Shown: positions 9,290-17,816 of the stretch, piece by piece
Position numbering within the stretch: the first letter of the stretch is position 1
How the letters are laid out: each line of letters begins with the position of its first letter
DNA from: Burkholderiales bacterium
GTDB lineage: Bacteria > Pseudomonadota > Gammaproteobacteria > Burkholderiales > SG8-41
Assembly (NCBI GenBank): GCA_005800795.1
Contig: SYEN01000459.1
Span: 1 to 33,741, forward strand
Direction: 5' to 3'
DNA: 33,741 bases
Translations under genes and position numbers: made by a program
The notes under the pieces: model-generated
Database searches by the model: none
Told to the model about the DNA's origin: nothing
Seen by the model: the letters and a program-made list of their open reading frames with translations, nothing else

Positions 9290-10153
9290 ATGAAACCCCT
9301 CAAAGTCGGAAATGTCAGCATCTCCAGCATCATCGAACGTGAAGGCCCGTGGCGCACACCGGCCACAATGTTCCCCACCGCCACGCCGGACAAGCTCATC
9401 GAAACCATGGCACGCGTGCCCGATTTCGCCTACGACCGCAAGCAGGATTTGCTGTGCATCACATACCAGACGTTTGTGATTCGCACGCCGCGATGCACCG
9501 CGCTGATTGACACCTGCGTGGGCGAGCATCAGCGGCGTCCGCCGCAATTGCTGTTCAGCAAACAACCGTGGCTCGACGGCTTCGCGGCGCACGGCCTGAA
9601 ATTCGAGGACATCGATTACGTCTTCTGCACGCACCTGCACGTGGATCACGTCGGCTGGAATACGCGCCTGCGTGACGGGCGTCTGGTGCCGACCTTCCCC
9701 AATGCAAAATATGTTTTCAGCCGCCGCGAGTACGAACACTGGAAACAGGCCACCGAGCCCGGATTCGCGGCGGTACACGAAGACTGCGTGGAACCCATCG
9801 TCAACGCGGGCCAGGCCTTGCTGGTGGATGACGCGTTCGTGCTGTCTGATGAATTGTCACTGGTGCCGACACCCGGCCACTCGCCGGGCCACGTGTGCGT
9901 GGATTTGAAATCCGGCGGCGAACGCGCGCTCTTCACCGGCGACATGATGCACCATTGCGCGCAGGTGTTGCAGCCCGACTGGAGTTCGTGTTTCTGCTAT
10001 GACATCAAGGCATCAGCGGCCACGCGCTGGAAGTTTTTCCGCGAGCATGTGAGTACGGACACGCTGGTGATTCCGACGCATTTTCCGGGAACGACCGCCG
10101 GGCGTATTGCACCGGCGGGAGATGCGTTTGAGTTTAAATTCTTGGCGGCTTGA
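9290..10153 (+). CDS. MBL-fold metallo-hydrolase
   Basis: HxHxDH motif (CTHLHVDHVGW) with downstream His/Asp ligands (TPGHSPGH, FTGDMMHH). AGGA lies upstream of the ATG. Confidence 0.85.
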   Translation: MKPLKVGNVSISSIIEREGPWRTPATMFPTATPDKLIETMARVPDFAYDRKQDLLCITYQTFVIRTPRCTALIDTCVGEHQRRPPQLLFSKQPWLDGFAAHGLKFEDIDYVFCTHLHVDHVGWNTRLRDGRLVPTFPNAKYVFSRREYEHWKQATEPGFAAVHEDCVEPIVNAGQALLVDDAFVLSDELSLVPTPGHSPGHVCVDLKSGGERALFTGDMMHHCAQVLQPDWSSCFCYDIKASAATRWKFFREHVSTDTLVIPTHFPGTTAGRIAPAGDAFEFKFLAA

Positions 10154-10205
10154 TCGATTGTGCGGCGCCCCTCATTCCAATCCCCCTTGGGGCCACGCAC
10201 CGTTG

Positions 10206-10946
10206 TTACGGCGTGTGCTTCGCCAAAAACGCGCTGATCGCCACTTTGGCCGACACCAGCGGCTGGCCGGATTTCCATTCCTTGATCAGTCCCTCGTTCC
10301 TTGGCAGCAGCCGCGCGATTTCTTCCGATATCGGGTACGGATGCGCCTCGTCGTTGCCGGCGAGCGTCAGGCACGGCGTCTGGCAGCTGGCAACAAATGC
10401 ACGGTCGGCGCTGTAAACAAAGCCTGCACCATACAGGTTTTGATACACCGTATCGAGTAGCGTTTCGTTGATCTCAGGATGTTGGCCGCTGTCCGCGAGG
10501 CCCTTGGCCCAGGTGTTGAAGCGTTCGGCGCGTCCCGGCTTTAGCGGCCCGACGCGGCCTATGGCCTGCGCTATGACCGCACTGGCGATGCGATGCGGAT
10601 GGTTCTTCAACAGACTGAAAATGAACGAGCCGCCGATGCATTGCCCATACAGATGGCAACGCTTGATGCGCAGATGATCAAGCACGGCGACATGATCATC
10701 GGCGTACGACGGCCAACCGTATTGAGCCGTCAACGGCGCGTGCGATTGCCCGCCGGCGTTGCGCTGATCCATCACAATCACACGGTAATGCTTCGACCAT
10801 TCGGTCATCGGGTTGACCGGCGCCATCGGCTTGCGCCACACGTCGATGGTCGACAACACGCCTGCCGGTGCGAAGGTGAGTATCGGAAACCCCGTGCCGT
10901 ACTCTTCGTAATAAATCGTTGCACCTTGGTGCTGGATGGTTGGCAT
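10206..10946 (-). CDS. Alpha/beta-hydrolase-fold protein with Cys at the nucleophile-elbow position
   Basis: The overall alpha/beta-hydrolase pattern is present, but the elbow reads HLYGQCIGGS (G-x-C-x-G) instead of G-x-S-x-G. GGAGGG lies upstream of the ATG. Confidence 0.7.
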   Translation of the reverse strand: MPTIQHQGATIYYEEYGTGFPILTFAPAGVLSTIDVWRKPMAPVNPMTEWSKHYRVIVMDQRNAGGQSHAPLTAQYGWPSYADDHVAVLDHLRIKRCHLYGQCIGGSFIFSLLKNHPHRIASAVIAQAIGRVGPLKPGRAERFNTWAKGLADSGQHPEINETLLDTVYQNLYGAGFVYSADRAFVASCQTPCLTLAGNDEAHPYPISEEIARLLPRNEGLIKEWKSGQPLVSAKVAISAFLAKHTP

Positions 10947-10977
10947 GCTGCCCTCCTTTCAATGGATAACGTTGATA

Positions 10978-11280
10978 TCAGGCGTCGGTAGCCGCGTCCG
11001 GATTCCACTGCCCCTTGCGCATGCGTGTGATGGTGATGCTGGCGAACACGTTTTTTTGTGTGAATGGATCGCCGTCGGAAAACGCTTTGGCTTCGGCGCG
11101 GCTGTTGACGTTCAACACGAAGTGGCTGCCGATGGCGGTTTTGCCGTCGTCGGATTGCGTGGCACCCGCGAGCACCAGAATTTTTTTCTGGCTACCCAGA
11201 TAATCGCGATGCGGTTGCAGCACCGATTCGCGTATCGCGGCCGTGTTGGGGTTATCGATGCAAGTGACGATCCACAGCAT
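10978..11280 (-). CDS. YciI-family protein
   Basis: MLWIVTCIDNPNTAAIRESVLQPHRDYL...GDPFTQKNVFASITI fits the YciI-like pattern. The ATG at 11280 has an AAGGAG upstream. The listed 11382 start adds 34 non-homologous residues. Confidence 0.7.
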   Translation of the reverse strand: MLWIVTCIDNPNTAAIRESVLQPHRDYLGSQKKILVLAGATQSDDGKTAIGSHFVLNVNSRAEAKAFSDGDPFTQKNVFASITITRMRKGQWNPDAATDA

Positions 11281-11452
11281 GGTGAAACTCCTTGAGAATA
11301 TTGATTGACAGGTTGATGGATAAAACGCACGCCGCGTAACACGCTGCACGGGTAGCGTGGATGATAGTGGAATCCGCCGCACGCATGCCCAGCGCCAGTC
11401 ACATGCGCAATAATGCGCGCTGCACGAGCCAATCCCGTCCCTCAGACCACCA

Positions 11453-11481
11453 ATAAAAATGCAAATAAAACAAATTCTTAC
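11453..11481 (-). repeat. AT-rich boundary motif, strong copy (j), overlapping the start of a Bug gene
   Basis: The reverse strand reads GTAAGAATTTGTTTTATTTGCATTTTTAT, 24/29 to consensus. On the plus strand it supplies the ATG and the first codons (MQIKQILT) of the Bug protein. Confidence 0.55.
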
Positions 11482-12421
11482 AATTTCACTACTCTTTCAA
11501 GTAATGGCAAGTACCCACGCCGCCGATTACCCCACACGCCCGATTCGCCTGATCGTCGCGCAAACCGCCGGTGGCAATTCCGACATGGTGGCACGCGCCT
11601 ACGGCCAGCGGCTGGGTGAAAAACTCGGCCAGCAAATTGTGGTGGATAATCGCGGCGGCGGCTCCGGCATCATCGCCACCGAAATCGTCGTGAACGCACA
11701 GCCCAATGGTTATACGCTGCTGCTCTCCCCCACCGCGCACGCCATCAACCCCAGCCTGATCGCCAAGCTGCCGTACGACACGCAGCGCGACGTGAAAGCG
11801 ATTTCGCTGCTTGGCATCGGTTACAACATTCTGGTGGTCACGCAAAACCACGCAGCGCGCACCGTGCGCGATCTCATCAACAGCGCCAAGGCCCGGCCCG
11901 GCAAGGTCACTTATGCGTCGTCGGGAACGGCGGGTGCCTCGCATCTCACCGGCGAACTGTTTCGCGTGATGGCGGGCATCGACATCCTGCACGTGGCCTA
12001 CAAAGGTGCTCCCGCGTCGCTCACCGCGCTGGTCAGCGGCGAAATCGATTTCAGCTTCAGCAGCATGTCGAGCACGCTGCCGCTGGTGCGCGGCGGGCGG
12101 CTTCGCGCGCTGGGCGTATCGTCGCCCGAACGCTGGCCGTCGTTGCCAGAAATTCCCACCGTGTCCGAAGCCAGTGTTCCGGGTTATGAAAGCTCAAGCT
12201 GGCAGGGGCTCTTCGGCCCGGCCAAGTTACCGGTGAATCTGGTAACACGGCTGCACCGCGAACTCGCCGACATCGCCAAGACCGCAGACATGCAAAAGCG
12301 CCTATCCAACGAAGGTCTGCTGCCACAAGGCACTACACCGCAGGAATTTGAAAAATTCATCGCGGTGGAGATCGCCAAGTGGGCGAAGGTGGTCAAGGCG
12401 GCGGGGATTACGGCGCGGTGA
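11459..12421 (+). CDS. Bug/TctC-family periplasmic binding protein
   Basis: Signal peptide, then the family hallmark DYPTRPIRLIVAQTAGGNSDMVAR...VVVDNRGGGSG, and the C-terminal PQEFEKFIAVEIAKWAKVVKAAGI. Confidence 0.9.
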   Translation: MQIKQILTISLLFQVMASTHAADYPTRPIRLIVAQTAGGNSDMVARAYGQRLGEKLGQQIVVDNRGGGSGIIATEIVVNAQPNGYTLLLSPTAHAINPSLIAKLPYDTQRDVKAISLLGIGYNILVVTQNHAARTVRDLINSAKARPGKVTYASSGTAGASHLTGELFRVMAGIDILHVAYKGAPASLTALVSGEIDFSFSSMSSTLPLVRGGRLRALGVSSPERWPSLPEIPTVSEASVPGYESSSWQGLFGPAKLPVNLVTRLHRELADIAKTADMQKRLSNEGLLPQGTTPQEFEKFIAVEIAKWAKVVKAAGITAR

Positions 12422-12481
12422 GGGGAATACGTGAGGCGAATACAAAGCTGGGGCAAGGATAGCAACGGGTGCATTCCTACT

Positions 12482-12575
12482 CCCGTCATTCTGGCGAAGG
12501 CCAGAATCCAGTACGTAACCCCAATCCGAAGGATCAAGATTCAACCTGGATTCTGGCCTTCGCCAGAATGACGGG
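12482..12575. repeat. REP/BIME-like pair: perfect 30-bp inverted repeat with 34-bp spacer
   Basis: CCCGTCATTCTGGCGAAGGCCAGAATCCAG (12482-12511) is the exact reverse complement of 12546-12575. Each arm is itself a hairpin (ATTCTGGC-GAAG-GCCAGAAT). It lies just after the Bug gene stop and yields the ILAFARMTG-type spurious ORFs typical of REP elements. Confidence 0.75.
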
Positions 12576-12645
12576 TTGGGTTGGGAAGCCATTCGCTACG
12601 GGGCTTCGCGCTACTTTCGCGACTGCCTTTGCGGCTTGGCGGCAG

Positions 12646-12689
12646 CAACGGCCACAAACACAAACGCCCCGTGAACCATCCACGGGGCG
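12646..12689 (-). terminator. Candidate intrinsic terminator (minus strand)
   Basis: A 9-bp GC stem, CGCCCCGTG (12665-12673) with CACGGGGCG (12681-12689), and a 7-nt loop. On the minus strand it is followed by TTTGTGTTTGTGG. It sits about 240 nt downstream of the VIT gene stop. Confidence 0.4.
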
Positions 12690-12931
12690 CTGCTTGAATC
12701 TACCGATCTACTACCAAGACACGCTCGCCTGCTATCCGGCGTAATGTCCTCTTGTGCGGGTTGATCCGCAGTATACGGCCACGCAGTTTGAGTCCAGTGC
12801 ATCATCCAGCAGGGTCGTGCCTATTCGGTCGTTCACGGGATCACCTCCTTTCAAAGTTGCGGGACTTCAGTGTACCAGCAGTTCGCCCGTGATGGAAAGT
12901 TGTTTGTGCGCACCCTGCCCTCGGCTGCAGC

Positions 12932-15900
12932 TTACCGATGCTCTTCCGCGACACCGGGGATGTCCAGTTCGCCGATGAAGCGTGATTCGCCCGCGCGCGT
13001 TAGACGCACGCTGTAGAGCTTCTCCTGCTGTTGCGGCGTGCCGAATGCCGTCTGCACACGCACCAGCACGGTGGGATCTATCGGCTGCGCCACTTGCTGG
13101 CGATGCCCGGAATGCCGCGCCTCGAAACGATACTTGCCGGGCTTGGCGTTTTTCAGCGCGTATTCCTCCGGGCCGTAGCCGCCGGTGTAGTTCATCGACA
13201 ACTGGCCGCCCTGATACGATGGGAAGCCATATCGCTGCAAGCGCTCGTTGGGGTCGGTCATCACCAGATCAATATTGGTGTTATCGGCATCCCACGTCAG
13301 CACCACGCGCACATCCAGCGGCAGATGGCGCCGCAGCCGCGCGTCGATGCGGGCTGTTTCGAGTGTCTTGCCGGAGGCCGTAGCGGTCGCGATGACCGCG
13401 TTCATGTCCACTGCCGCGATCACGCCAATGTCGGGAAAGCGCGCATCCCAGCGGCGTTCGGCGACGTGATACAGCAAATCCACCGCGCGTTGATGCTCGC
13501 CGCGCTCGGCCCGCGCCAGCGCCAGATCGCGGTGCGACTGTGGCTCCTCGGGTGCGAGATCGCGCACACGTTCAAGCAGCGGTATCGCCAGATCATTGCG
13601 CCCGGCCAGTTGCAAACGCATGGCATGCTGGCGCAGGTTGTGGCGATTCTCCAGATCCATTTCCGCCAAATTCGACAGCACGCGCAGCGCAAGTTCAGTC
13701 TGTCCGGCGCGCAGCAGCAGTTCGGCCACGTCGGCGAAGTAGCGCGCGTCGTGCGAATAGCCGGGGCGCTCGTCGAGATAAATACGATACAGATCACCGG
13801 GCGCGGCTTCGCGCAGACGTTGTGCTGCAGCGGAATCGCTGCGCCAGACTTCTCGCTTGACTGTATTGCCGGCGAGGGTCACGCCCGGCAACGGCAACAA
13901 CTCTCGTTGCGCAGACTGAACCGGCGCCGCTGCTTCGTCAGCCCGGCGTTGTAGCGGCATGGGTTTGGTAGCCGGCTTGGCCGGGGGCGCCACGGCCATT
14001 TTCGCCGGTGGCGACGCCGCCGGCCGGGGCACCGGCCCCTGCTGCGCGCTGCCGAGGCGCGTGCGGGTTTCTGTCTGATCCGAATCCATGCCGCGTATGC
14101 CAATCGTCGCAGTCTCTGCCTGCAAATGGGGCCGCCCACGCTCCACCACCGGCGCGGGTATGCGCCCCTTGGGAAATTCGCGTTCCCACCAAATGATGCG
14201 TTGCTGATAACGCGCCGCGACCTGATTCAAATGCGCCTGATTATCGGCCTCGCGGCGCGCGACGCCGCTGGCCACCAGGCGCTCGTATTCTTCGCGCAGT
14301 TCCGGAGGTGGCACAATTTCGAAGCGCGCGTAATCCGCTACGATTTCCAGCACGATGAGCGAAGTCTCGCGCGTTACCAGGCCGAACTGTGTGCCCAGGC
14401 GGCGTATCTCGCCGCGATTCAAGGCGTATTCGCCTTCCAGCGCGTTGATCTGCATGCGCGCCCACGCCGGGGCGGCCTGCGCCGCCGGATAACGGCCGGC
14501 CTGCACCGGCACGGTAAAAACCTGTTGCCGTGCGCCGGAACCACCCGGACCACGAAGGCGCAGCGTCACGGTACCCGCATCACGCGTAAGCAGGCCCGTC
14601 ACCACCGTGCCGCCCGCGCGCAACTCGCCCAGCGTGCGCGTGACGCCCGTGCCATCCAGCGCGGCAATCTGCCATGCCGCGCCGGTGAGCTTGCGCACTG
14701 CCGCATCGGCGGACTCCGCCAGCAGATCAATCGCCTGCCCGCCGCTCGCACGCGCCAGCCGTGCCAGCGCCGCGAGATCGGCTTGCGCCGACGACGACAC
14801 GGCAAACACGGGAGCCGCACCGGGCTTGATCGTGCCGGCCCCGTAGTTTGAAAGCCCGTCGCTGAAGAGCAACACTTCACCCGCGGCGTCGTTGAAATTC
14901 ACCGCGCCGAGGTTGGTCGCGCCATCGTAGACCGTGCGTTCGAGTGTTTCGCGCAAGGCCTGCCAGTCGCCGCCGCTGACGTTGAAAAGCTGTGGCGCTT
15001 CAACCTGATCGCGCACGCGGACCAGCTGCACACGCGTGTCACGTACCTGCTGAAAATACGCCTGCAGCAACGCCAGCTCGCGGGCATAATCGCGCGCCGC
15101 ACCCGAGGCGGAACTGTCCCAGACCAGCGTCACGTCGCGTGCGATAGGGCGCAGTCCGGCGGGCTGGGTAAGGGGAATCTCCGCGCGAAAATAGGTTTGC
15201 CCGTCGAGCGTTTGCGTATACGCAATCAGTTGCCGCGCCGCCGGTATCGCCACTTCCAGCATGCCCTTGCCGATAAAGTTACGGCGGGTGAATTGGGCTT
15301 CGTGAATGTCAGCGTGACGCGTGAACGGCAAGCCCGCTTGCGGTCCCTGCGCGACAGGCAGGCCGCTGGCACCGCTCACCATCATCCTGAACTCAAACGA
15401 CTGCACCGCATCGGGGTATTCCAGCGGCAACCGGTAGTGGACGCGGCCATTCTGATACGCCAGCGTTTCGACGTAGCGTATAGTCACTCGCCGTTCGTTC
15501 CTCGGGAATATTGGGTAAACACGCAGTTTGTAGTTGTTGCCCTGCGTCACCTGCAGCAGTCCGGGATCAACCTGACGGCGGGTGATTTCCTCGAATACGG
15601 CTTGCGCGCGCGCCTTTTCCACCGGCACTGCGTCTCGCATGACCCCGTTGATATCAAGTGCGAAGCCCGTGACCTCCTGCCCTTCCATCAGCGGAAACTG
15701 CAATTCACCTTCAAGCTGGCGGTTGTTGGGATTGAAAAACACCATTTCGACGCGCGTTTCGGCCAGCGCGCCGGCAATCGACGTGGTGATTTTGACTTCG
15801 CGCATCTGGATCGGCAGGGAAGCCGCCGGCGCGACCATGATCGGCCGGCGCATAGGTGAAAGCGCGCTGGCGGGCATAGCCGCCAAACCCGCGAGCACGG

Positions 15901-16000
15901 CCAGACCAAGCCACAAGGTGATAACGCGTCGCGGCAGCACAGCAACACCTTGAAGTAGCGCAGAATGATTCATGAGAAACGCTCTGTGAGTTGAACCCAT
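12932..16000 (-). CDS. Large secreted VIT - vWA(MIDAS) - Pro/Ala linker - TPR-like - DUF2135 protein
   Basis: Signal-like N-terminus (VITLWLGLAVLAGLAAMPASA). VIT-like block (IAGALAETRVEMVFFNPNNRQLEGELQFPLMEGQEVTGFALDING...NYKLRVYPIFPRNERRVTIRY). MIDAS DxSxS (LVWDSSASG) with DGATNLG and FSDGLSN. Proline-rich linker. Helical repeat region. C-terminal YfaP/DUF2135-like block (VVLTWDADNTNIDLVMTDPNE...GGYGPEEYALKNAKPGKYRF). GAGGA lies 9 nt before the ATG at 16000; an alternative ATG is at 15973. Confidence 0.8.
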   Translation of the reverse strand: MGSTHRAFLMNHSALLQGVAVLPRRVITLWLGLAVLAGLAAMPASALSPMRRPIMVAPAASLPIQMREVKITTSIAGALAETRVEMVFFNPNNRQLEGELQFPLMEGQEVTGFALDINGVMRDAVPVEKARAQAVFEEITRRQVDPGLLQVTQGNNYKLRVYPIFPRNERRVTIRYVETLAYQNGRVHYRLPLEYPDAVQSFEFRMMVSGASGLPVAQGPQAGLPFTRHADIHEAQFTRRNFIGKGMLEVAIPAARQLIAYTQTLDGQTYFRAEIPLTQPAGLRPIARDVTLVWDSSASGAARDYARELALLQAYFQQVRDTRVQLVRVRDQVEAPQLFNVSGGDWQALRETLERTVYDGATNLGAVNFNDAAGEVLLFSDGLSNYGAGTIKPGAAPVFAVSSSAQADLAALARLARASGGQAIDLLAESADAAVRKLTGAAWQIAALDGTGVTRTLGELRAGGTVVTGLLTRDAGTVTLRLRGPGGSGARQQVFTVPVQAGRYPAAQAAPAWARMQINALEGEYALNRGEIRRLGTQFGLVTRETSLIVLEIVADYARFEIVPPPELREEYERLVASGVARREADNQAHLNQVAARYQQRIIWWEREFPKGRIPAPVVERGRPHLQAETATIGIRGMDSDQTETRTRLGSAQQGPVPRPAASPPAKMAVAPPAKPATKPMPLQRRADEAAAPVQSAQRELLPLPGVTLAGNTVKREVWRSDSAAAQRLREAAPGDLYRIYLDERPGYSHDARYFADVAELLLRAGQTELALRVLSNLAEMDLENRHNLRQHAMRLQLAGRNDLAIPLLERVRDLAPEEPQSHRDLALARAERGEHQRAVDLLYHVAERRWDARFPDIGVIAAVDMNAVIATATASGKTLETARIDARLRRHLPLDVRVVLTWDADNTNIDLVMTDPNERLQRYGFPSYQGGQLSMNYTGGYGPEEYALKNAKPGKYRFEARHSGHRQQVAQPIDPTVLVRVQTAFGTPQQQEKLYSVRLTRAGESRFIGELDIPGVAEEHR

Positions 16001-16057
16001 ATAAACGCGTCCTCATTAAGAGTGGGGTTAACGAGGCGAAAAGTTTCTGCGAGGATA

Positions 16058-16086
16058 AATTTTATTCAATTAATACAATAGGTTAT
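16058..16086 (-). repeat. AT-rich boundary motif copy (e)
   Basis: The reverse strand reads ATAACCTATTGTATTAATTGAATAAAATT, 20/29 to consensus with the core TATTGTATTAATTGAAT. It lies upstream of the VIT gene, in the same orientation as that gene. Confidence 0.5.
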
Positions 16087-16286
16087 GAAACCTCACGCGT
16101 GCCTATACGATTCGACTGGATGTCCCGTAGCGGGTTCCCGCTGCGGTTTGGAGCCCCCACACGGCCGCCCGGCGAAGCGCAAGCACTTCGTTGACAGCGC
16201 AGCGGAATAACGCTATTCAGGCGCTTGAAGAAACTCGTGTTCACCCTTGTCGATCCCGCCCCGGGACTTATTCCAGGAAACCTTCC

Positions 16287-17150
16287 ATGCCCACCACTTA
16301 CAACCCCGCTGCCCAGTTCGAGATCAAAGTCTGGGACGTTGAATTCCGCAAGACCGCCTCGCGCCAGTTGATGGCGCGCATTTATCAACCCCAGGGCGAC
16401 GGGCCGTTCCCGGTGCTGCTCGATCTGCACGGCGGCGCCTGGAACAACAAGGATCGTCACGCCAATGCGCCGATGGACGACGCCATCGCCAAAAGCGGCG
16501 TGCTGGTGGTGGCCATCGACATGTCGCAGGCGCCGGAAGCGCCGTATCCCGCGTGCGTGCAGGAGGCGAGCTACGGCATCCGCTGGTTGAAATCCAAAGC
16601 GATTGAATGGAACGGTGACTCGTCCACGCTGGGCGTGCTGGGCAGTTCCAGCGGCGGCCACGTGGCGCAGTTGCTGGGCATGCGGCCCAACGATGGGCGC
16701 TACAACGTGCACGCGGTGCCGGGCGCGCCGGGCATTAACTCGCGCGCGGCGTATATCGCGACGCGCTCGCCGATCAGCGATCCGTTCGCCCGCTTCAAGC
16801 AGGCTGAGAAAATGAAGCGCGATCACATGATCAAAAACAGCACCACGTTTTTCAACCCGTGGGAATCGATCCACGAAGCCAATCCTCAAGAAATGCTGGA
16901 GCGCGGCGAGAAAGTCGAACTGCCGCCGATGCTCGTCATGCAGGGCGGGCTGGACGACAACGTGATTCCCGTCATTCAGGAAAAATTCTCTGCCGCGTAT
17001 CGCAAGGCGGGCGGCCACTGCCAGTACGAGTTGTATGAAGGCTGCTCGCACGAATGGGTAGCCGAACCGTGCGAGGCCACCACCCGCGCGCAAAACATGG
17101 TGAAGGGCTTTATCGCTGAGCAATTGGCGGCGGGGCGCAAAGCGGTATAA
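16287..17150 (+). CDS. Alpha/beta hydrolase, esterase/lipase (HGG-motif, Abhydrolase_3-like)
   Basis: Oxyanion motif LDLHGGAW and nucleophile elbow GSSSGGH. The ATG at 16287 has an AGGAAA upstream. The listed 16191 start adds a non-homologous extension. Confidence 0.8.
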   Translation: MPTTYNPAAQFEIKVWDVEFRKTASRQLMARIYQPQGDGPFPVLLDLHGGAWNNKDRHANAPMDDAIAKSGVLVVAIDMSQAPEAPYPACVQEASYGIRWLKSKAIEWNGDSSTLGVLGSSSGGHVAQLLGMRPNDGRYNVHAVPGAPGINSRAAYIATRSPISDPFARFKQAEKMKRDHMIKNSTTFFNPWESIHEANPQEMLERGEKVELPPMLVMQGGLDDNVIPVIQEKFSAAYRKAGGHCQYELYEGCSHEWVAEPCEATTRAQNMVKGFIAEQLAAGRKAV

Positions 17151-17153
17151 TAT

Positions 17154-17185
17154 ATAAGTAATCGATTTACAACATATTTTTATTG
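17154..17185 (+). repeat. AT-rich island, weakest motif copy (h)
   Basis: ATAAGTAATCGATTTACAACATATTTTTATTG shares only the ends of the consensus. It lies between the esterase stop and yaeQ. Confidence 0.25.
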
Positions 17186-17261
17186 TTTTTGTCACAGCAA
17201 GTTGGCGGTGCGCTTAGCATGGCAAGCAACGCCCGCCGGTGGCCCTGAGCGTCGTTGACCC

Positions 17262-17789
17262 ATGGCTCTCAAAGCGACCATTTTCAAGGCATCCGTGCAG
17301 GTCAGCGACATGGATCGCAACTATTACGCCACGCATGTGCTGACGCTGGCACGGCATCCGTCCGAAACCGACGAACGCATGATGGCGCGGCTGCTCGCGT
17401 TCGCGCTGCACGCGGATGAAAGGCTGGAATTCGGCAAGGGTGTGAGTGACGAAGACGAACCCGCGTTGTGGTTGCGGGATTTGACCGGCGCGATTCAGTT
17501 GTGGATTGAAGTCGGCCAGCCCGATGAAAAGCGGCTGCGCAAGGCCTGCGGGCGGGCGGCGCAGGTCGTGGTCTACAGCTACGGTGGTCCCGCCGCTGAA
17601 AAATGGCGCGCAGAGATCGCCGCCACTGCCGCGCGCACGCGCAACCTCAGCATCCGCACCATTCCGCGCGATGCCAGCCAGGCGATGGCGAAACTCGCGC
17701 AGCGCGGCATGGATCTAAGCTACACCGTGCAGGAGGGTCAGGTGTGGGTCAGCGCCGGGCAGGACACCGTGCAGGTGGCGGTGGGATAG
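17262..17789 (+). CDS. yaeQ: YaeQ family protein
   Basis: MALKATIFKASVQVSDMDRNYYATHVLTLARHPSETDERMMARLLAFALHADERLEF is almost colinear with E. coli YaeQ as I remember it. Confidence 0.9.
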   Translation: MALKATIFKASVQVSDMDRNYYATHVLTLARHPSETDERMMARLLAFALHADERLEFGKGVSDEDEPALWLRDLTGAIQLWIEVGQPDEKRLRKACGRAAQVVVYSYGGPAAEKWRAEIAATAARTRNLSIRTIPRDASQAMAKLAQRGMDLSYTVQEGQVWVSAGQDTVQVAVG

Positions 17790-17816
17790 TTTCAAGAGAG
17801 TCCAGACATCACAATC

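Noticed and set aside
12482-12575. Possible CRISPR array or MITE
   Set aside because: There are only two inverted (not direct) copies, no spacer-repeat periodicity and no cas genes. At 94 bp with nested hairpins it fits REP/BIME better than a MITE, and I saw no target-site duplication.
12838-12851. GGATCACCTCCTTT identical to the 3' end of 16S rRNA, a possible rRNA gene fragment
   Set aside because: Only about 13-14 nt match, and the upstream sequence does not resemble the 16S 3' domain. I interpret it as the complement of a strong SD on the other strand (see findings).
16083-17195. 370-aa minus-strand ORF overlapping the esterase gene
   Set aside because: It lies antisense to a gene with clear HGG and GxSxG hydrolase motifs. 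Its sequence is Arg/Ala/His-rich and low-complexity, with no recognisable motif. This is a typical high-GC shadow ORF.
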